Origin: Octopus bimaculoides
Lineage: Eukaryota
Direction of reading: 5' to 3'
DNA length: 64,000 nucleotides
Assembly (NCBI RefSeq): GCF_001194135.2
Contig: NC_068996.1
Location: 37,816,095 to 37,880,094, forward strand
Part shown: positions 63,772-64,000 of the stretch, piece after piece
Layout: each line of letters opens with the position of its first letter
How positions within the stretch are numbered: the first letter of the stretch is position 1
Translations under genes and position numbers: made by a program
The notes under the pieces: model-generated
The model's database searches: none
What the model was told of the DNA's origin: nothing
What the model saw: only the letters and a program-made list of their open reading frames with translations

Positions 63772-64000
63772 TGCTGGCTAGGCTGGGTGGGGGAGCTTGT
63801 CTCCCCTTCACAAACTTAAGGACACAGTAATTGTGTCAAGGCCGACAGGAAGCGGTCCAGCTTCCTAGGGCTAAACAGCAGTAGTGTATTCCCTTATTGG
63901 GATTGTCACATTAAGTTGACAATATACTACAACTTTGTCGCTCCACTACTGCTTAAATCTCTCTGAGAGATTTAGAAATATTATATTTCTAATATATATA

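Overview
AT-rich, microsatellite-rich animal genomic DNA from a gapped short-read assembly. The SINE families and overall composition resemble an octopus genome; that is an inference from recalled repeat sequences, not a search. Positions ~1.9-29 kb (+) hold the 3' half of an F-BAR and double-SH3 gene (FCHSD2 / Drosophila nervous wreck ortholog). Eight exons join in frame with GT-AG boundaries and encode the end of the coiled coil, SH3a, a long Pro/Ser/Thr/Asp linker, SH3b, a Pro-rich segment and an acidic Ser/Thr/Glu tail. A short terminal exon can be read in two frames. The F-BAR exons lie upstream of the window. The remaining ~35 kb has no recognisable host gene. It holds SINEs, RTE and Tx1/L1-like LINE pieces, a full-length Tigger/pogo element, a Tc1 element, Penelope-like remnants, microsatellites and N gaps; a deleted mariner lies in a gene intron. 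The main result of the hunt is a set of about nine type I hammerhead-ribozyme-like motifs. Three have fully canonical cores (15121-15209, 27974-28065, 63729-63771), and most have the very short, palindromic stem III known from Penelope-type hammerheads. Two of the intact ones lie sense-strand in FCHSD2 introns: one is preceded by an inverted copy that would sequester it, and the other is ~190 nt upstream of a probable cassette exon. All structures were paired by eye and none has been tested computationally or experimentally. An Illumina adapter fragment is assembled at 29425-29441.
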